From Deltaproteobacteria bacterium HGW-Deltaproteobacteria-6 (lineage in GTDB: Bacteria; Desulfobacterota; Syntrophia; Syntrophales; Smithellaceae), in contig PHAT01000005.1 of NCBI GenBank assembly GCA_002840435.1, positions 484,460 through 548,459 on the forward strand: a stretch of 64,000 bases of DNA, written 5' to 3'. The notes below the pieces were generated by a model. The model searched no databases, had not been told where the DNA came from, and worked only from the letters and a program-made list of their open reading frames with translations. Shown one piece after another: positions 49,793 through 59,317 of this stretch; the first letter of the stretch is position 1, and every line of letters starts with the position of its first letter. The position numbers and the translations under genes were made by a program.

Positions 49793-49831
49793 ACACATGA
49801 TGATGTGTATTATCAATAATTAATATTAATT
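49793..49831. promoter_or_regulatory. pair of perfect palindromes, ACACAT-GATG-ATGTGT (49793-49808) and AATTAATATTAATT (49818-49831), in a very AT-rich gap upstream of the XRE gene
   Basis: Read directly. They lie 100-140 nt upstream of the HTH gene's start. Confidence 0.5.
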
Positions 49832-49930
49832 AATTTTAAATAATTTTAATGATAATTAAGTTTTTTTCTTGACTTTTTCTTTTGATTATAGTTTTTTGAA
49901 CCAAAAGAGAAGGTATTACTTTAACTCATT

Positions 49931-50128
49931 ATGGAAAATACAAAGAAAAATAGAGTAAAGAAGTTTCGCGAATCTATTCCTCTGAGTGTATCACAGCTTG
50001 CCCGCAAGGCTGAACTGACGCCGCAGACAATTGCCAAAATGGAAAAAGGATTACCTACAAGAAAGAACTCGGAGTTAAAAGTGGCCAAGGCCTTGCAAAA
50101 AACCTATGAAGAAGTTTTCCCTCAATAA
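49931..50128 (+). CDS. XRE-family helix-turn-helix transcriptional regulator (65 aa)
   Basis: LSVSQLARKAELTPQTIAKMEKG is a typical HTH_3 core. Confidence 0.7.
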   Translation: MENTKKNRVKKFRESIPLSVSQLARKAELTPQTIAKMEKGLPTRKNSELKVAKALQKTYEEVFPQ

Positions 50129-50181
50129 AGGGGAGTACAAAAGGCATTTTATGGTATTTCACCTGGAGGCATTGTTTGTAA

Positions 50182-50448
50182 ATGAAAATCGGCAGATATT
50201 TAGTTGCCTTTTTGTTTTTAATGACTCTTTTGATAACCTTTGGCAACAGAGGGGTTGTCGATAATTATTTTATGGGTAAAAGACTGTCACAGATGAAAGC
50301 GGAAAATAACGATCTGGTAGCGCAAAACAAAGAACTGGCAGAAAAAATAATTTTATTACGAAGTGATCTAGCTTATATTGAATCTATCGCGCGCAACGAG
50401 CTAGGCATGGTGAAAAGCGGAGATGTTGTTTACCGGCTGACAAAATGA
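50182..50448 (+). CDS. ftsB: septum formation initiator family protein (FtsB/DivIC-like)
   Basis: N-terminal TM, a coiled coil, and the C-terminal IE.IAR.ELGMVK.G motif. Confidence 0.7.
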   Translation: MKIGRYLVAFLFLMTLLITFGNRGVVDNYFMGKRLSQMKAENNDLVAQNKELAEKIILLRSDLAYIESIARNELGMVKSGDVVYRLTK

Positions 50449-50492
50449 ACGAAAGCATGTTTTCAAGCAAGCAATAACATGACGGTGCTTTA

Positions 50493-51569
50493 ATGGATTT
50501 AAAAGAACTATTTACAGGAAAAAAACAGCTTGTCGGGCTGGATATCGGATCAAACTCTTTGAAGCTGGCTGAGATCATCACGACCTCCAGCGGTCAGGTA
50601 CTCAACCGGTTCCGTCAAATCCCCGTCCCATCCGGAACGATCGTTGACGGCGTTGTGGAAAATCCCAGTGTTTTAGCGTCAACGATCAAAGAACTTTTCC
50701 ATAATTCCGGTTGCAAAGGAAAAGGAATTGTAACCTCTCTTTCCGGCAGTTCCGTCATTGTTAAAAAAGTAACGCTTGCCCAGATGGAAGAGACGGAACT
50801 GCGTGAGTTGATCCATGATGAAGCCGGTAAATACCTTCCTTTTGATAATATGGATGATGTAAATTATGATTTCCAGATCCTGGGAGATAATGAACAGAAC
50901 CCCAATCAAATGGACGTTATCATTGTTGCCGCCAAGAAGACGGATGTCAGCAGTTACCTGGATGCGATTACCGCGGCCGGTCTTACGGTCATGATCATGG
51001 ATGTGGATTCTTTTGCGCTGGAAACCATGTATGAGTCCAACTACGAATTTGAAGAGAATGATATTATCGTCATCGTTAACATTGGCGCGCACTTGACCAA
51101 TATTAATGTCATTAAAGGTGGAATATCCATCTTTACCAGAGATTTTACGATTGCCGGAAATGAGATCACCGAAAGGTTGCAGGAAAAATATCAGGTGTCG
51201 GCGGAAGAAGCCGAGGGCATGAAAACAGACGGTCTTCCCGGCAGCGAGCAGGAAAACATGGATCTGAAAAACGTTATTTTAGATTGTGCCGAACCGATAT
51301 GTTCAGAGATCGAAAGATCCATTGATTACTTCCGTTCAACATTCGGGGGCGATTATATCAAGCATGTGTATCTATCGGGCGGATCATCAAGAATTGCGGG
51401 TTTAGACAACCATTTATCGCAGCGATTAAATATAGAGACGGAATTAATTAATCCACTTTCAAAAATCGGCTATAACAAAAAAAATATTGATGCGGGGAAG
51501 CTCGACAGCATCAAGACAATCGGCGCTGTGGCCATTGGGTTGGGTTTAAGGAAAATAGGTGATAAATGA
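50493..51569 (+). CDS. pilM: type IV pilus assembly protein PilM
   Basis: Actin-like ATPase fold (VGLDIGS.SLK…). ATGA overlap with pilN. Confidence 0.9.
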   Translation: MDLKELFTGKKQLVGLDIGSNSLKLAEIITTSSGQVLNRFRQIPVPSGTIVDGVVENPSVLASTIKELFHNSGCKGKGIVTSLSGSSVIVKKVTLAQMEETELRELIHDEAGKYLPFDNMDDVNYDFQILGDNEQNPNQMDVIIVAAKKTDVSSYLDAITAAGLTVMIMDVDSFALETMYESNYEFEENDIIVIVNIGAHLTNINVIKGGISIFTRDFTIAGNEITERLQEKYQVSAEEAEGMKTDGLPGSEQENMDLKNVILDCAEPICSEIERSIDYFRSTFGGDYIKHVYLSGGSSRIAGLDNHLSQRLNIETELINPLSKIGYNKKNIDAGKLDSIKTIGAVAIGLGLRKIGDK

Positions 51570-52114
51570 TAAAGATTAATCTTTTACCTTACCGTGAAAA
51601 AGAAAAGAAAGATAATCTTGCCAGACAGATTACGATTATTGCAGGGTCGTTTATCTTTTTTATTCTTTGTCTTGTTCTGTTCCAGATTCATATGGTGACA
51701 CAAGTAAAGGATATAGAAAAAAAACTTGCGGATTCCAAAGAAACCTTGAAAGTTTTAGATGCAAAAATTGGAAACCTGGAAAAGTTTAAACGCCAGAAAG
51801 CCGACCTGGAGTTAAAACTCGGTGTGATCAGCACGCTGGAAGAAAATCGATTATTGCCGGTCAAAACGCTTGATGATTTATCCATGCTGGTTCCGCAAAG
51901 AAACGTTTGGCTGACAAGAATTGTACAAAACAATGACAGTCTGACGATCGAGGGAGTTGGCCGTGACAATATTGTTGCTGCTGATTTTATGAAAACCATT
52001 GAAAATTTTGCCCCCATCAAGTCGGTTGATTTGGTTTCGTCAAAAAACGTGGTGATTGCCGACACAACCTTGCAGCAGTTTATTTTTAACTGCAAACTGA
52101 AAAAGGGATTTTAA
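51566..52114 (+). CDS. pilN: type IV pilus assembly protein PilN
   Basis: MIKINLLPYREK, then a TM and a coiled coil, which is typical of PilN. Confidence 0.85.
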   Translation: MIKINLLPYREKEKKDNLARQITIIAGSFIFFILCLVLFQIHMVTQVKDIEKKLADSKETLKVLDAKIGNLEKFKRQKADLELKLGVISTLEENRLLPVKTLDDLSMLVPQRNVWLTRIVQNNDSLTIEGVGRDNIVAADFMKTIENFAPIKSVDLVSSKNVVIADTTLQQFIFNCKLKKGF

Positions 52115-52116
52115 TT

Positions 52117-52878
52117 ATGCCCATAACCGTAAACGATATTAAAAAATTGTCCCCGCAGGCCAAGGCCCTGATCGTTGTTATAGTTATTTTTCTTATCGGT
52201 TATGTGTATTACGCTTATTTTCTATCCGATACGTTAAACAAAAAAGCAGAACTTGATAAAGATTATCAGGATGTTGAATCACAAATTACACAGAAAGAAA
52301 AATTAGCGAAGCAATTCGATAAATACAAAACCGATGTTGCAGCGCTGGAACAGAATTATAAAGTGGCTTTGTTAAAACTTCCCGACCAGCGGGAAATCCC
52401 CGGCCTTTTTCATTCCGTCGCTATGGCGGGCCGGGATACGGGTGTTGAGTTTTTATTGTTTGAGCCGAAAGCCTCTGTGCCTAAAACCATGGCTGATGCC
52501 GGACCTGATAAACTTTCTGCAAAACTAAAGCCTTCCGATAAGAGGCAGGAAGAGAAGGAAAAAGCAGACTCTCAAAAAACGGCTAACATACCGGCGAAGC
52601 CCGGTGATGGAAAGAAGGCGCCGCCGCCGGCTCCAGAACCTTTTTATGAGGAAATACCGGTAAAAGTGACCGTAACGGGCAATTTTCAGAATATTGTTCA
52701 CTTTTTTGAAAAAGTGGCCAAATTGCCTCGTATTGTCAATATTTCCGATATTTCTATGGGTGAACGAAGAGCTGTTAAAGGACGGGGACATCTTATTACT
52801 ACATCCTGTACCGTGAAAACGTACATGTTTGTGGATAAAAAAGAGAAAACAAGTGAAAAGAAAAATGAAAAAAATTAA
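52117..52878 (+). CDS. pilO: type IV pilus assembly protein PilO (with a low-complexity insertion)
   Basis: TM, coiled coil, LP….IP.L and G.F..I..F…VA.LPRIV motifs. Extra K/E/P-rich segment at residues ~123-175. Confidence 0.8.
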   Translation: MPITVNDIKKLSPQAKALIVVIVIFLIGYVYYAYFLSDTLNKKAELDKDYQDVESQITQKEKLAKQFDKYKTDVAALEQNYKVALLKLPDQREIPGLFHSVAMAGRDTGVEFLLFEPKASVPKTMADAGPDKLSAKLKPSDKRQEEKEKADSQKTANIPAKPGDGKKAPPPAPEPFYEEIPVKVTVTGNFQNIVHFFEKVAKLPRIVNISDISMGERRAVKGRGHLITTSCTVKTYMFVDKKEKTSEKKNEKN

Positions 52879-53386
52879 AATTATCATTTTGTGCAATTTG
52901 TTGATTCTTTTTACAACAGCTTTTTGTGCTTTCGGCGCAGAAACAAATAAACCGGTTGTGAAAACATTGCCATCCGCTCCGCGAACCGGCCAGCCTCAAA
53001 TACAAGCACCCGCCTTGCCGCCTGTGCCAACGCCGCCGGTGAATGTTTACAGTTATAATCCGTCGGGCAAGCCCGATCCGTTTAAACCTTTTATTGATGT
53101 ACAAGTCGCGGCTGTGGCGAAAAAAGAAACTAAAGTGGAATCCATTTTCCCATTGCAGCGGGAGGAAGCGGAAAGTTTCAACCTGGTTGGAATCATCGGG
53201 GATCAGACGCGTCGTGTGGCAGTTGTGCAGGATTCGGCTAAAAAGTTTTATCCGCTTTTTATCGGAACGCGCATCGGTCTTCGTAACGGGAAGGTAACCA
53301 ATATTCTGGCAGATCGAGTAACAGTGGATGAATTGAACGGGAAAAAAGTAAAAAGAATCATTTTGAAACTGCGTAAAAATATTTAA
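52865..53386 (+). CDS. pilP: type IV pilus assembly protein PilP
   Basis: Signal peptide, a Pro-rich linker, and a C-terminal beta domain. Positioned between pilO and pilQ. The ORF opens at 52829. Confidence 0.7.
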   Translation: MKKIKIIILCNLLILFTTAFCAFGAETNKPVVKTLPSAPRTGQPQIQAPALPPVPTPPVNVYSYNPSGKPDPFKPFIDVQVAAVAKKETKVESIFPLQREEAESFNLVGIIGDQTRRVAVVQDSAKKFYPLFIGTRIGLRNGKVTNILADRVTVDELNGKKVKRIILKLRKNI

Positions 53387-53398
53387 TGAGGTAATATC

Positions 53399-55174
53399 AT
53401 GAAACAATATTTATCCAAAATAATCCCTGTTTTCATAATCCTTTGGGTTTTTTTATGTGCTCCGGCCGGGGTAATTACGGATTTAAGCGCAGCTCAAGAT
53501 AATAATCCCGGTGCTAAAAGTGAAACAACAAATGTAGGTTATCTGGAAAACATATTATTTGAAAAGTTGTCCGGCCGGGAAAGGATCAATCTTGTTGTAT
53601 CCCAGCAGCCCTCCATTGCTCCCACGTCCATTCAGGGAGATAATAGCCTGCTCATCAGTCTGGAAAATCTGTATGCGCCTGACAACATGCGCGACACCCT
53701 GGCGTGGAAACAGTCTCTTAATGTAACTGATGTGCAGGTGCAGCAGCGGACGTCGGAAGGCAAACAATGGATTAATTTGAAAATTAATCTTAAAGAAATT
53801 GTTCCCTATTCCATAAGACAGGAAGGAAAGATTGTTGTTATTGACTTCAATATTTCCGGTGTGGAAGCAAAGTTAAGCGCGGCTAGTCAAAAGTCCGGAG
53901 ACGCGCCGGCTGGCGCTGCTTCCAGTGAAGGGAATAGTGCAAAGCAACAGGCCGGTCGTGAGGCAACTAAAAGATATACGGATAGAATCGTGTCGCTTGA
54001 TTTTCAGGATGCGGATATCAAGAGCGTTTTACGTTTAATGTCTGAATACGGCAATGTGAGTATCATTTCCGGAGATGATGTTAAGGGTAATGTTACTCTA
54101 ACGATGAAAAATGTACCCTGGGAACAGGCGTTGGATTCAATTCTGGATATCAAAGGCCTTGGCAAGAAGCAAATGGGCAATGTCATCAGCGTTATGACTC
54201 TGGACAGAAAGAAAAAAGATGAAGCAGACAAACTCAAGGCGGAAGAGGATAAGGTAAAAGCGGATGACGCCCGCAAGGCAAGAGAACAACAAATTCTGGT
54301 CGAAAAAGGGAAACTGCGCCAGATCCTGATTGAAGCGAAAATCGTAGAAGTGACGGATGATTTTACCAGAAATCTTGGTATTCAATGGGGATTCGGCCAG
54401 CACGCATCTACCGGGAATTACGGATTGGGTTTTTCCGGCGGGATGAATCCGCTTTCGACAACCAATTCTCAATCGATCAGGTATCCGTCTGAAGTGGTCT
54501 CCAAGACCGCCACCACGCCATTAACAATGGCGGCTGTCAATTTTCCCGCCATAGTGGCCGGACCGACCTTCGGCCTTGTTTTTGGAGGGGCCAGCGGCTA
54601 TATCGAAACTCAATTGCAGGCCCTGGAAACAACCGCTCAAGGTAAAATAATTTCAGCGCCCAGAGTCGTGACGATGGACAATGTGAAAGCCGTTATCAAA
54701 CAGGGTGATGAAGTGCCCTATGTGACGCCGGCTTCAGGCACTTCAGCGGCAAGCGTTACTTTTAAGGAAGCTGTTTTGCGGTTGGAGGTAAAACCGAAAA
54801 TTACCGATGAAGGCCGGATTTCCATGGAAATCAAAGCGACTAACGACACACCGGACTATGCTACAGGACAAACACTTCAGGGCAATCCGCCCATTCGCAA
54901 GAATGAAGTGGAATCCAAGGTTGTCGTGTCCGATGGAGATACGGTCGTTATCGGCGGCATATCCAAAAATACAGAAAGTACGTCGGTATCCGGACTTCCC
55001 TTGTTTTATAAGATTCCGGTTTTGGGATGGCTGTTTAAAACGGAAGGCGTCACAAGGCAAAAACGGCAATTGATGATATTTATCACGCCAAAGATATTAT
55101 CGGAATCCGGATATGTTGAAGATGAGTGCAATACGTCGCTTGCCAATCAATCGGACCGTTGCCGTAAAGAATAG
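53399..55174 (+). CDS. pilQ: type IV pilus secretin PilQ
   Basis: AMIN-like N-terminus, a secretin N-domain (LDFQDADIKSVLRL), and a C-terminal secretin domain (…GDTVVIGG…VPVLGWLF…LMIFITP). Confidence 0.9.
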   Translation: MKQYLSKIIPVFIILWVFLCAPAGVITDLSAAQDNNPGAKSETTNVGYLENILFEKLSGRERINLVVSQQPSIAPTSIQGDNSLLISLENLYAPDNMRDTLAWKQSLNVTDVQVQQRTSEGKQWINLKINLKEIVPYSIRQEGKIVVIDFNISGVEAKLSAASQKSGDAPAGAASSEGNSAKQQAGREATKRYTDRIVSLDFQDADIKSVLRLMSEYGNVSIISGDDVKGNVTLTMKNVPWEQALDSILDIKGLGKKQMGNVISVMTLDRKKKDEADKLKAEEDKVKADDARKAREQQILVEKGKLRQILIEAKIVEVTDDFTRNLGIQWGFGQHASTGNYGLGFSGGMNPLSTTNSQSIRYPSEVVSKTATTPLTMAAVNFPAIVAGPTFGLVFGGASGYIETQLQALETTAQGKIISAPRVVTMDNVKAVIKQGDEVPYVTPASGTSAASVTFKEAVLRLEVKPKITDEGRISMEIKATNDTPDYATGQTLQGNPPIRKNEVESKVVVSDGDTVVIGGISKNTESTSVSGLPLFYKIPVLGWLFKTEGVTRQKRQLMIFITPKILSESGYVEDECNTSLANQSDRCRKE

Positions 55175-55196
55175 AAAATAACGCGACCGGACATCA

Positions 55197-55231
55197 ATCC
55201 CTCTGCAGCCGGATGTGCAGAGGGATTTTTA
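55197..55231 (+). terminator. rho-independent terminator after pilQ
   Basis: ATCCCTCTGCA-GCCGGATG-TGCAGAGGGAT followed by TTTTT. Confidence 0.8.
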
Positions 55232-55287
55232 TCGGTGAGTGCGCAAAACGCAATTCAATGTTCTTGCCGGCTCAAGTGGACTGAATC

Positions 55288-56049
55288 ATGAAATTGAAAA
55301 CAATAATTATCCTGTCGGTTTTATTTTGCCAGTTATTTCTTATCTCCTGCACCAGCACGCCCTGGCATAGAGATCAGGCCGATGCTTATTTGAAAAAGGG
55401 GATAGCCTTAATTGAAGCGCGGCAATACCTGGGCGCTCTCAAGGAACTGCTGGAGGCTGATAAAAATGCCCCAGACGATCCGGTCATCAATTATCATTTG
55501 GGAATTGCGTATCTGGGACGTGGTTTAAAAGACAAGGCGATGGAAAGATTTCAGACGGCTGTGTCGTTGAAAAATGATTATTCGGAAGCGTACAATTATC
55601 TGGGCGCCATTTATATGGATATGGGTCAATGGGAGAGGGCTATTGATGCATTTGATAAAGCTTTAAATAATCACCTGTATGTAACTCCGGGACGTGCCTT
55701 GTATAACTCCGGTTTAGCTTACTATAACCTGCAGAATTACGATATGGCCCTGTCACGGTTTCAGCAGGCATCAAGGCAGGATGGGATGATTGTCTTACAG
55801 CCTCAGATCGAAAAATTTCTGGGGTTAATCTATATCAAGAAATCCAATTTAGCCCAGGCAAAAGAGCATTTGGAAAAATCTGTGACGCTGAACCCTTCAC
55901 TTTATGACGCTCATTTTTTTCTGGCTGAAACTTACTTAAAAATTAAAGACCCCGCGAATGCGAAAAATTCTTTTCAACAGGTCATCAAGCTTGCCCCGCA
56001 ATCACCATTTGGACAAGAAGCCCGAGAGTATCTGCGGTCTTTGAGGTGA
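55288..56049 (+). CDS. TPR-repeat lipoprotein, PilW/PilF/Tgl-like pilus biogenesis candidate
   Basis: Lipobox LISC. Five to six TPR repeats. Located immediately downstream of pilQ. Confidence 0.6.
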   Translation: MKLKTIIILSVLFCQLFLISCTSTPWHRDQADAYLKKGIALIEARQYLGALKELLEADKNAPDDPVINYHLGIAYLGRGLKDKAMERFQTAVSLKNDYSEAYNYLGAIYMDMGQWERAIDAFDKALNNHLYVTPGRALYNSGLAYYNLQNYDMALSRFQQASRQDGMIVLQPQIEKFLGLIYIKKSNLAQAKEHLEKSVTLNPSLYDAHFFLAETYLKIKDPANAKNSFQQVIKLAPQSPFGQEAREYLRSLR

Positions 56050-56140
56050 AGGGTGATCGAAAGTATATAAACGAATGAACATACTTGCTGTTTTATCTTT
56101 TTGTTTCAATAAAACACATTCCCGCCATTTTTAAGCAGCC

Positions 56141-56644
56141 ATGGAAAATCAAACCTTCGAAAAAAACCGTATTGCATTTCCCGATCAGTACAAATATTTG
56201 CTTCAAAACAAACGGTATGCTGACGCACTGGTCTTGTCTCTTGAACGACTGAGAGAATTTCCCATGGACGCTGACGCCTACGTTGCAGTCGGTGAAGCAC
56301 AAATCGCGATGGCTCATCTCACGGAATCCCAGCGGATGCTTTGTGCTCTGGAGGACAAAATTGCCGCATTGACCGGCGTATTTGTCCGGATGGGAGAATT
56401 ATACGCAAAAAATGGCTATGCAAAAGAGGCCCAACTTTGTTATCAGCAGTATCGGGCGTATAGTCCGTTTGCTGAGAAGGGCCGGGCATTAACCTCGCCA
56501 GGGACTGCTTCTGAGGACGTACAAAAAAAAGAAAGTAAAATCGATCAACAGGATAATGCTTCTTCCGATCAATTAATCAATACGCTATCGGGATGGCTGA
56601 CCAATATTAATAGGACGAAGACTCATGCCGCATGCAATCGATAA
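56141..56644 (+). CDS. hypothetical protein with TPR-like helices
   Basis: 167-aa ORF with good coding appearance. No signal peptide and no recognisable catalytic motif. Confidence 0.4.
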   Translation: MENQTFEKNRIAFPDQYKYLLQNKRYADALVLSLERLREFPMDADAYVAVGEAQIAMAHLTESQRMLCALEDKIAALTGVFVRMGELYAKNGYAKEAQLCYQQYRAYSPFAEKGRALTSPGTASEDVQKKESKIDQQDNASSDQLINTLSGWLTNINRTKTHAACNR

Positions 56645-57713
56645 TTTTTCTCTCCTCAGGCTTCATGCCGTTCAGAAAAAATTCCCTGATTATCACGTCG
56701 ATGGCATCCTGTTTTCCAATATCAGTAATATCCGCTATCTGTCGGGATTTACCGGCAGTGACGGCCTGTTGGTTTTAAGCTCCGATGACGCGAGGCTTCT
56801 TGTTGATGGACGTTACACCACGCAAGCCGCAGCTGAGGTCAGGGGGATTTCCGTCCTTCATTATCAAAATAAAATTCAGGGAATCGAACAGGCCTTGAAG
56901 GAGTTAGGCCTGAAAAATATCGGCTTTGAAGCCTCTTGCGTTACGGTGGAAATGTATAATGATTTAACACGCAGGCTGAAAAATATTAAATTGGTCGGAC
57001 TGGGTGACGAATTAAGATTGCTTCGGGCTTATAAAGACCAGCATGAAATTGCCGTCATGAAAAAAGCGGCGGCTATCGCCTCGAAAGCGATAGACACACT
57101 TGCCCGCGAAATACGACCCGGCTGGACGGAACTGGAAACGGCTCTGCAACTGGAAATAACGGCGCGCCTTGCGGGGGCCGAGCAGGTTGCCTTTGAAACG
57201 ATTATCGCCTCCGGAGAGAATGCGGCGCTCCCGCATGCCCAGCCTACAAATCGCAAGATCAGGAGTGGGGATTTTGTGGTTATTGATTTTGGCGTTAAAT
57301 ATCAGGGCTACTGTTCTGATGAAACTTGTACATTTGCAATTGGGGAATTGACAGGTGATAAAAAAAATGCTTATCGTGCGGTACTGCGGGCTCATGATGA
57401 AGCCATCTTGTCCCTCAGGGCAGGAATAGCCGCGGCGGATGTGGATGCGTTGGTTCGCGGTGTGTTGGGTAAAAAATACAGCCGCTATTTTGTACACGGA
57501 ACAGGTCATGGTGTCGGTCTGGAGGTTCATGAAGCGCCTAGGCTGGCGCCGAATTCACAGGATGTTTTAAATGCCGGAATGGTGGTGACGGTTGAACCCG
57601 GCCTCTACTATCCCGGCCTGTGGGGCATTCGGATTGAGGACACGGTTGTCGTGAAAAAAAATAGTTGCGAAATAATTTCAAAGATGAAAAAAGATCTCAT
57701 CGTTGTTGAATAA
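56625..57713 (+). CDS. pepP: Xaa-Pro aminopeptidase/dipeptidase (M24B family)
   Basis: Creatinase-like N-domain. HGTGHGVGLEVHE…EPG…GIRIED metal ligands. Confidence 0.85.
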   Translation: MPHAIDNFSLLRLHAVQKKFPDYHVDGILFSNISNIRYLSGFTGSDGLLVLSSDDARLLVDGRYTTQAAAEVRGISVLHYQNKIQGIEQALKELGLKNIGFEASCVTVEMYNDLTRRLKNIKLVGLGDELRLLRAYKDQHEIAVMKKAAAIASKAIDTLAREIRPGWTELETALQLEITARLAGAEQVAFETIIASGENAALPHAQPTNRKIRSGDFVVIDFGVKYQGYCSDETCTFAIGELTGDKKNAYRAVLRAHDEAILSLRAGIAAADVDALVRGVLGKKYSRYFVHGTGHGVGLEVHEAPRLAPNSQDVLNAGMVVTVEPGLYYPGLWGIRIEDTVVVKKNSCEIISKMKKDLIVVE

Positions 57714-57731
57714 ATTAGAGGTTAAACTGTT

Positions 57732-58127
57732 ATGAAGGTATTTCCAGAAGACCTGCTTTACAGTCGTGAACATATTTGGGTACGGGTTGACGGAGATATG
57801 GCTACGCTGGGGATTACGGATTACGCCCAGGAAAGTCTCGGAGAAATCCTGTCTATAGAATTCCCTGAAGTGGATACCTATGTGGAACGCGACGAATCTT
57901 TCGGCTCTATTGAATCCACCAAGGCGGTGGTGGATCTGATTGCTTCGGTCAGCGGGACGATTGTCAGCGTTAACGAAGACATTAATGACGACATCGGCAT
58001 CATCAACAGTGATCCTCATGATACCGGCTGGCTGGTTGTCATTGAGATGGATGATCTGGAGCAACTGGATGATCTTCTGGATGCTGCGGGCTACCATGAT
58101 TTTATCATGCAGCAGGAAACTGACTGA
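57732..58127 (+). CDS. gcvH: glycine cleavage system H-type lipoyl carrier protein
   Basis: YS.EH.W…LGITDYAQ…G.IES.KAV.DL (lipoyl Lys) …DP...GWL. Confidence 0.9.
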   Translation: MKVFPEDLLYSREHIWVRVDGDMATLGITDYAQESLGEILSIEFPEVDTYVERDESFGSIESTKAVVDLIASVSGTIVSVNEDINDDIGIINSDPHDTGWLVVIEMDDLEQLDDLLDAAGYHDFIMQQETD

Positions 58128-58136
58128 ACTCCCCTT

Positions 58137-58964
58137 ATGACCTGGCGGTTGCTTAATTATCGGCCATACAGCGCTTTTGAAAATATGGCCATCGACGAGG
58201 CCATATTTCAGGAAACCATAAAAAATAGGAAGCCACCGACATTGCGTTTTTTCGGCTGGCGTCCGGCAGCTGTTTCTATCGGCTATTTTCAGGAATTAAA
58301 AAACGAAATCAATGTCAGTCAGTGCCAACTGACCGGCGTTGACATTGTCCGCAGGATAACCGGTGGTAAAGCCGTTTATCACCGTGATGAAATTACCTAT
58401 TCGCTTACGGCCGAAAATTCAGAAAAAATATTTCCCGACAATATTTCCGGCACCTATGAAAAAATCAGTATTTGTCTGGCGCGCGGCCTGTCGGAACTGG
58501 GGATTAATGCTCGCCTGGCGGAAGGGGGCAAAAGCGTTTCAGGTACAAAGAAGAACACCTCCTCCTGCTGTTTTTCCATACCATCCGGCAACGAACTGCT
58601 AGTCGACGGCAGAAAAATCTGCGGGAGCGCGCAAATGCGAACGCACGGGGGGTTTTTGCAGCACGGATCGCTGTTGATGACGTTTGATCCGGTTGAAACC
58701 GCCGCCTTGATTCTGTCGTCCCGGGCTCCGGAACCGGCCGAAAAACTCAGATGTTCTGTCACGGCTGTCAATGAGGTGATTTCTTCACCCGTCAGCGCGG
58801 AGACACTCTGTTTAGTTTTGCAGAAGGGGTTTATCGACGAATTGGGCATTGATCTGTCCGAAGGGCCGTTAACACCCGCCGAGAAGGAGTTAAGCGCTTA
58901 TCTGGTCGAAAAATACAAGAGCGACGCTTGGAATTGGCAGCGAAAAAAAGCAGCCTTTAAGTAA
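58137..58964 (+). CDS. lipoate-protein ligase A family / LipM-like octanoyltransferase (BPL/LPL catalytic domain only)
   Basis: PTLRFFGW.P.AVSIGYFQ…RRITGGKAVYH…GRKICGSAQ….GFLQHGSLL. Confidence 0.75.
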   Translation: MTWRLLNYRPYSAFENMAIDEAIFQETIKNRKPPTLRFFGWRPAAVSIGYFQELKNEINVSQCQLTGVDIVRRITGGKAVYHRDEITYSLTAENSEKIFPDNISGTYEKISICLARGLSELGINARLAEGGKSVSGTKKNTSSCCFSIPSGNELLVDGRKICGSAQMRTHGGFLQHGSLLMTFDPVETAALILSSRAPEPAEKLRCSVTAVNEVISSPVSAETLCLVLQKGFIDELGIDLSEGPLTPAEKELSAYLVEKYKSDAWNWQRKKAAFK

Positions 58965-59317
58965 GGCTGGAGGTCGGCACGGGCTCATTTTTTTATTTTA
59001 GTTGCAATTTCGATTCAGATCGCATATATGCAAACCTCACCGCGCAGGGGATCATGGTGAAAAATTTAAATAAGCTGCCGCGGATGAAAAATTATATGCG
59101 GGTAACCGCAGGAAATCACAGGGCATATGATATTTTTTAAGGGCTCTGCCCAACGTGATTTCCGAGCAGGGAGCGTGATTTAAAACTTATTGAAAATTCA
59201 AGGGTAGTTGACGGTGCGCAGATGAGTCTGTTTGTGCCGTGCTGCCCTTTTTTTGCGTTTAAAAGTCAAAAAATGACACAAATATTACACGGCAACCATC
59301 AACAAGGAGGAATAAAA

